A DNA stretch of 64,000 nt. It comes from the human T2T-CHM13v2.0 reference genome, Homo sapiens. Position numbers and translations under genes: made by a program. Below are positions 62,521-64,000 of the stretch, one piece after another. The notes below the pieces were generated by a model. The model did no database searches. It worked only from the letters and a program-made list of their open reading frames with translations, and was not told the DNA's origin. The DNA is taken from NCBI RefSeq assembly GCF_009914755.1, contig NC_060943.1; one strand, written 5' to 3'. Numbering within the stretch: the first letter of the stretch is position 1; each line of letters starts with the position of its first letter.

Positions 62521-64000
62521 ATGGTGTATCTGTAAGTGGCTGGTGGCAGCGACAACATTCTTACGCTGCATGTGTATTGTTCAGTTGTCATCTGTGTTGG
62601 GGAATCTAGCCACTGGCCCACAGAGAGTTAACCAGAGCTTGGGAGTGTGAGAGGTGGGAAAGAGGGAACCATCTACTCCAGCTTCCTGTCTAATTTCTTC
62701 AAGGGGAGGGGCCCTGGGGAAACAATTCCTTGGAAATGTACAAAGGAGGATAGAGAAAGAATCTCTGTAGGAATTCCTTGGGCAGAGGAAGGCAAGAGGA
62801 CACCCAGGTCACGTCAGGGCTCATGATAGGGAAATCTGTGCTATGGGGAGATGGGACTGGGAGTGAAGGGTGGGTGCGGCAGATGGCTGGGCCAGCAGGT
62901 TTCCTGCCACCTGTTAAAAGGGGGTGGGGGTCGGGTAAAGAAAGTGCCTTGCAGAGTAGGCTGCTGCCTCCCGGTGGTCAGCCGCGGCCTTGCATGGATC
63001 TTGCCAAGGGAGTTTGCTTGGCGGTGTTGGAAGCGGCCTGAGATGAAGCTGGGCGGGCTGATGGCCTGCTTCCCCCGTCACCGGCAGACTCTCCTTCCAC
63101 GAAAGACTTGCTGAAGCTCCTGAGGCACATGCTGAACTGTGATGTGGGGCTCTGGAGTTCCCCAACCACGCTAAAGGAAGTGAGCAGAGAGGACAAGATG
63201 AAGAATGGGCGCCTCCTTATAACGGCTTCCTGGGAAAAGCTCACCACTTGATGAGAAGCAGAACTGACCAGCAGGCCCTGCAGGCAGAGGCTGTCAGTCT
63301 CTGAGCCAGTGCCATGGCCCTCTTTGTGTCAAAGGAAATGCTTCCAAGTGAATAGCCTGCCTGCCTAGGGCACCTGAGCTGAGCGTTTGACCGTGTCCTG
63401 GGAGTTCATAGGTAAAATAACTGCCGCGACCTGCACTGACCCGGACCGGAGTGCCTGAAAGGGGCCAGCTGCCTATTCCGCCAGTCCGCCTGGAGGGCTG
63501 GGACAGGCTTGGTCCTGTGGACGAGGTTCCATCTCCCCTGCCTGCGGAAGGAAGAACGTGAAGCACAGAGAAAGGAAGCGGGATGATGACTGCCCCTGTG
63601 TGCCCAGCCTGCTCTTTGCTAGTGCAGTAGTGGGATCCACAAGGTCAACCACCCCATGATTGCTGACTGTTTCCACCACCAGTTTCCTGGTGTTCCCATC
63701 TGCGGGATCCTCTCCCATCAGTACTGGTCAGAATACCGAAGTAGCTCTTAGCCTCGACGGTCTTGTAGCCAAGCTTATGAACATCGTTGTCACCTTCCCC
63801 ACCTCCCACCAAAAGTCTAGGACTGTCGCGAGGGGAGGGTTTTATCTCTGGGCCCCTGGCAGAGTGCTTTGTGGTTTATATGTCCTCAGAAATTTGAAGG
63901 GAAGAGTGAAGCGATCATCAAGGAGCTTACACTTGACCTGGGAGTCACCTAAGCTATCGCTAACCAGAAAGGTAGACCAGCCTCCCCCAGCCACCACCAG

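Noticed and set aside
62960-63800. Coding-like, CpG-richer stretch (STKDLLKLLRHML...) and a strong minus-strand acceptor near 63542
   Set aside because: Could not be assigned to any gene or repeat; stops interrupt the frame. Left unannotated.

Overview
Human genomic DNA; a near-consensus AluYb8 supports the species call. From recalled sequences (not a search), this matches the 19p12 interval with the HML-2 provirus 19p12c/K51, GOLGA2P9, a TEX264 pseudogene and a RAD54L2 pseudogene. No intact cellular protein-coding gene is supported. The left ~42 kb is AT-rich and repeat-rich. It holds a U6/L1 chimeric retrocopy, a full-length degraded L1PA (minus strand), several Alus, and a 13.6-kb compound provirus in which a complete HERV-H is nested in the 5' LTR of a type-1 HERV-K(HML-2). 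That HERV-K has mismatched target-site flanks, discordant LTRs, a microhomology deletion fusing protease in frame to integrase, and no np9 splice sites. The right ~22 kb is a GC-rich mosaic of intron-containing gene duplicates: a SWI5 5' remnant head-to-head with a GOLGA2 pseudogene, then TEX264 3' exons, then the RAD54L2 last exon and 3'UTR. TEX264 before RAD54L2 reverses the recalled parental order while keeping the strand, which is the pattern expected from duplication through a circular DNA intermediate. Gene and subfamily identities come from remembered consensus or protein sequences, and difference counts are by eye.
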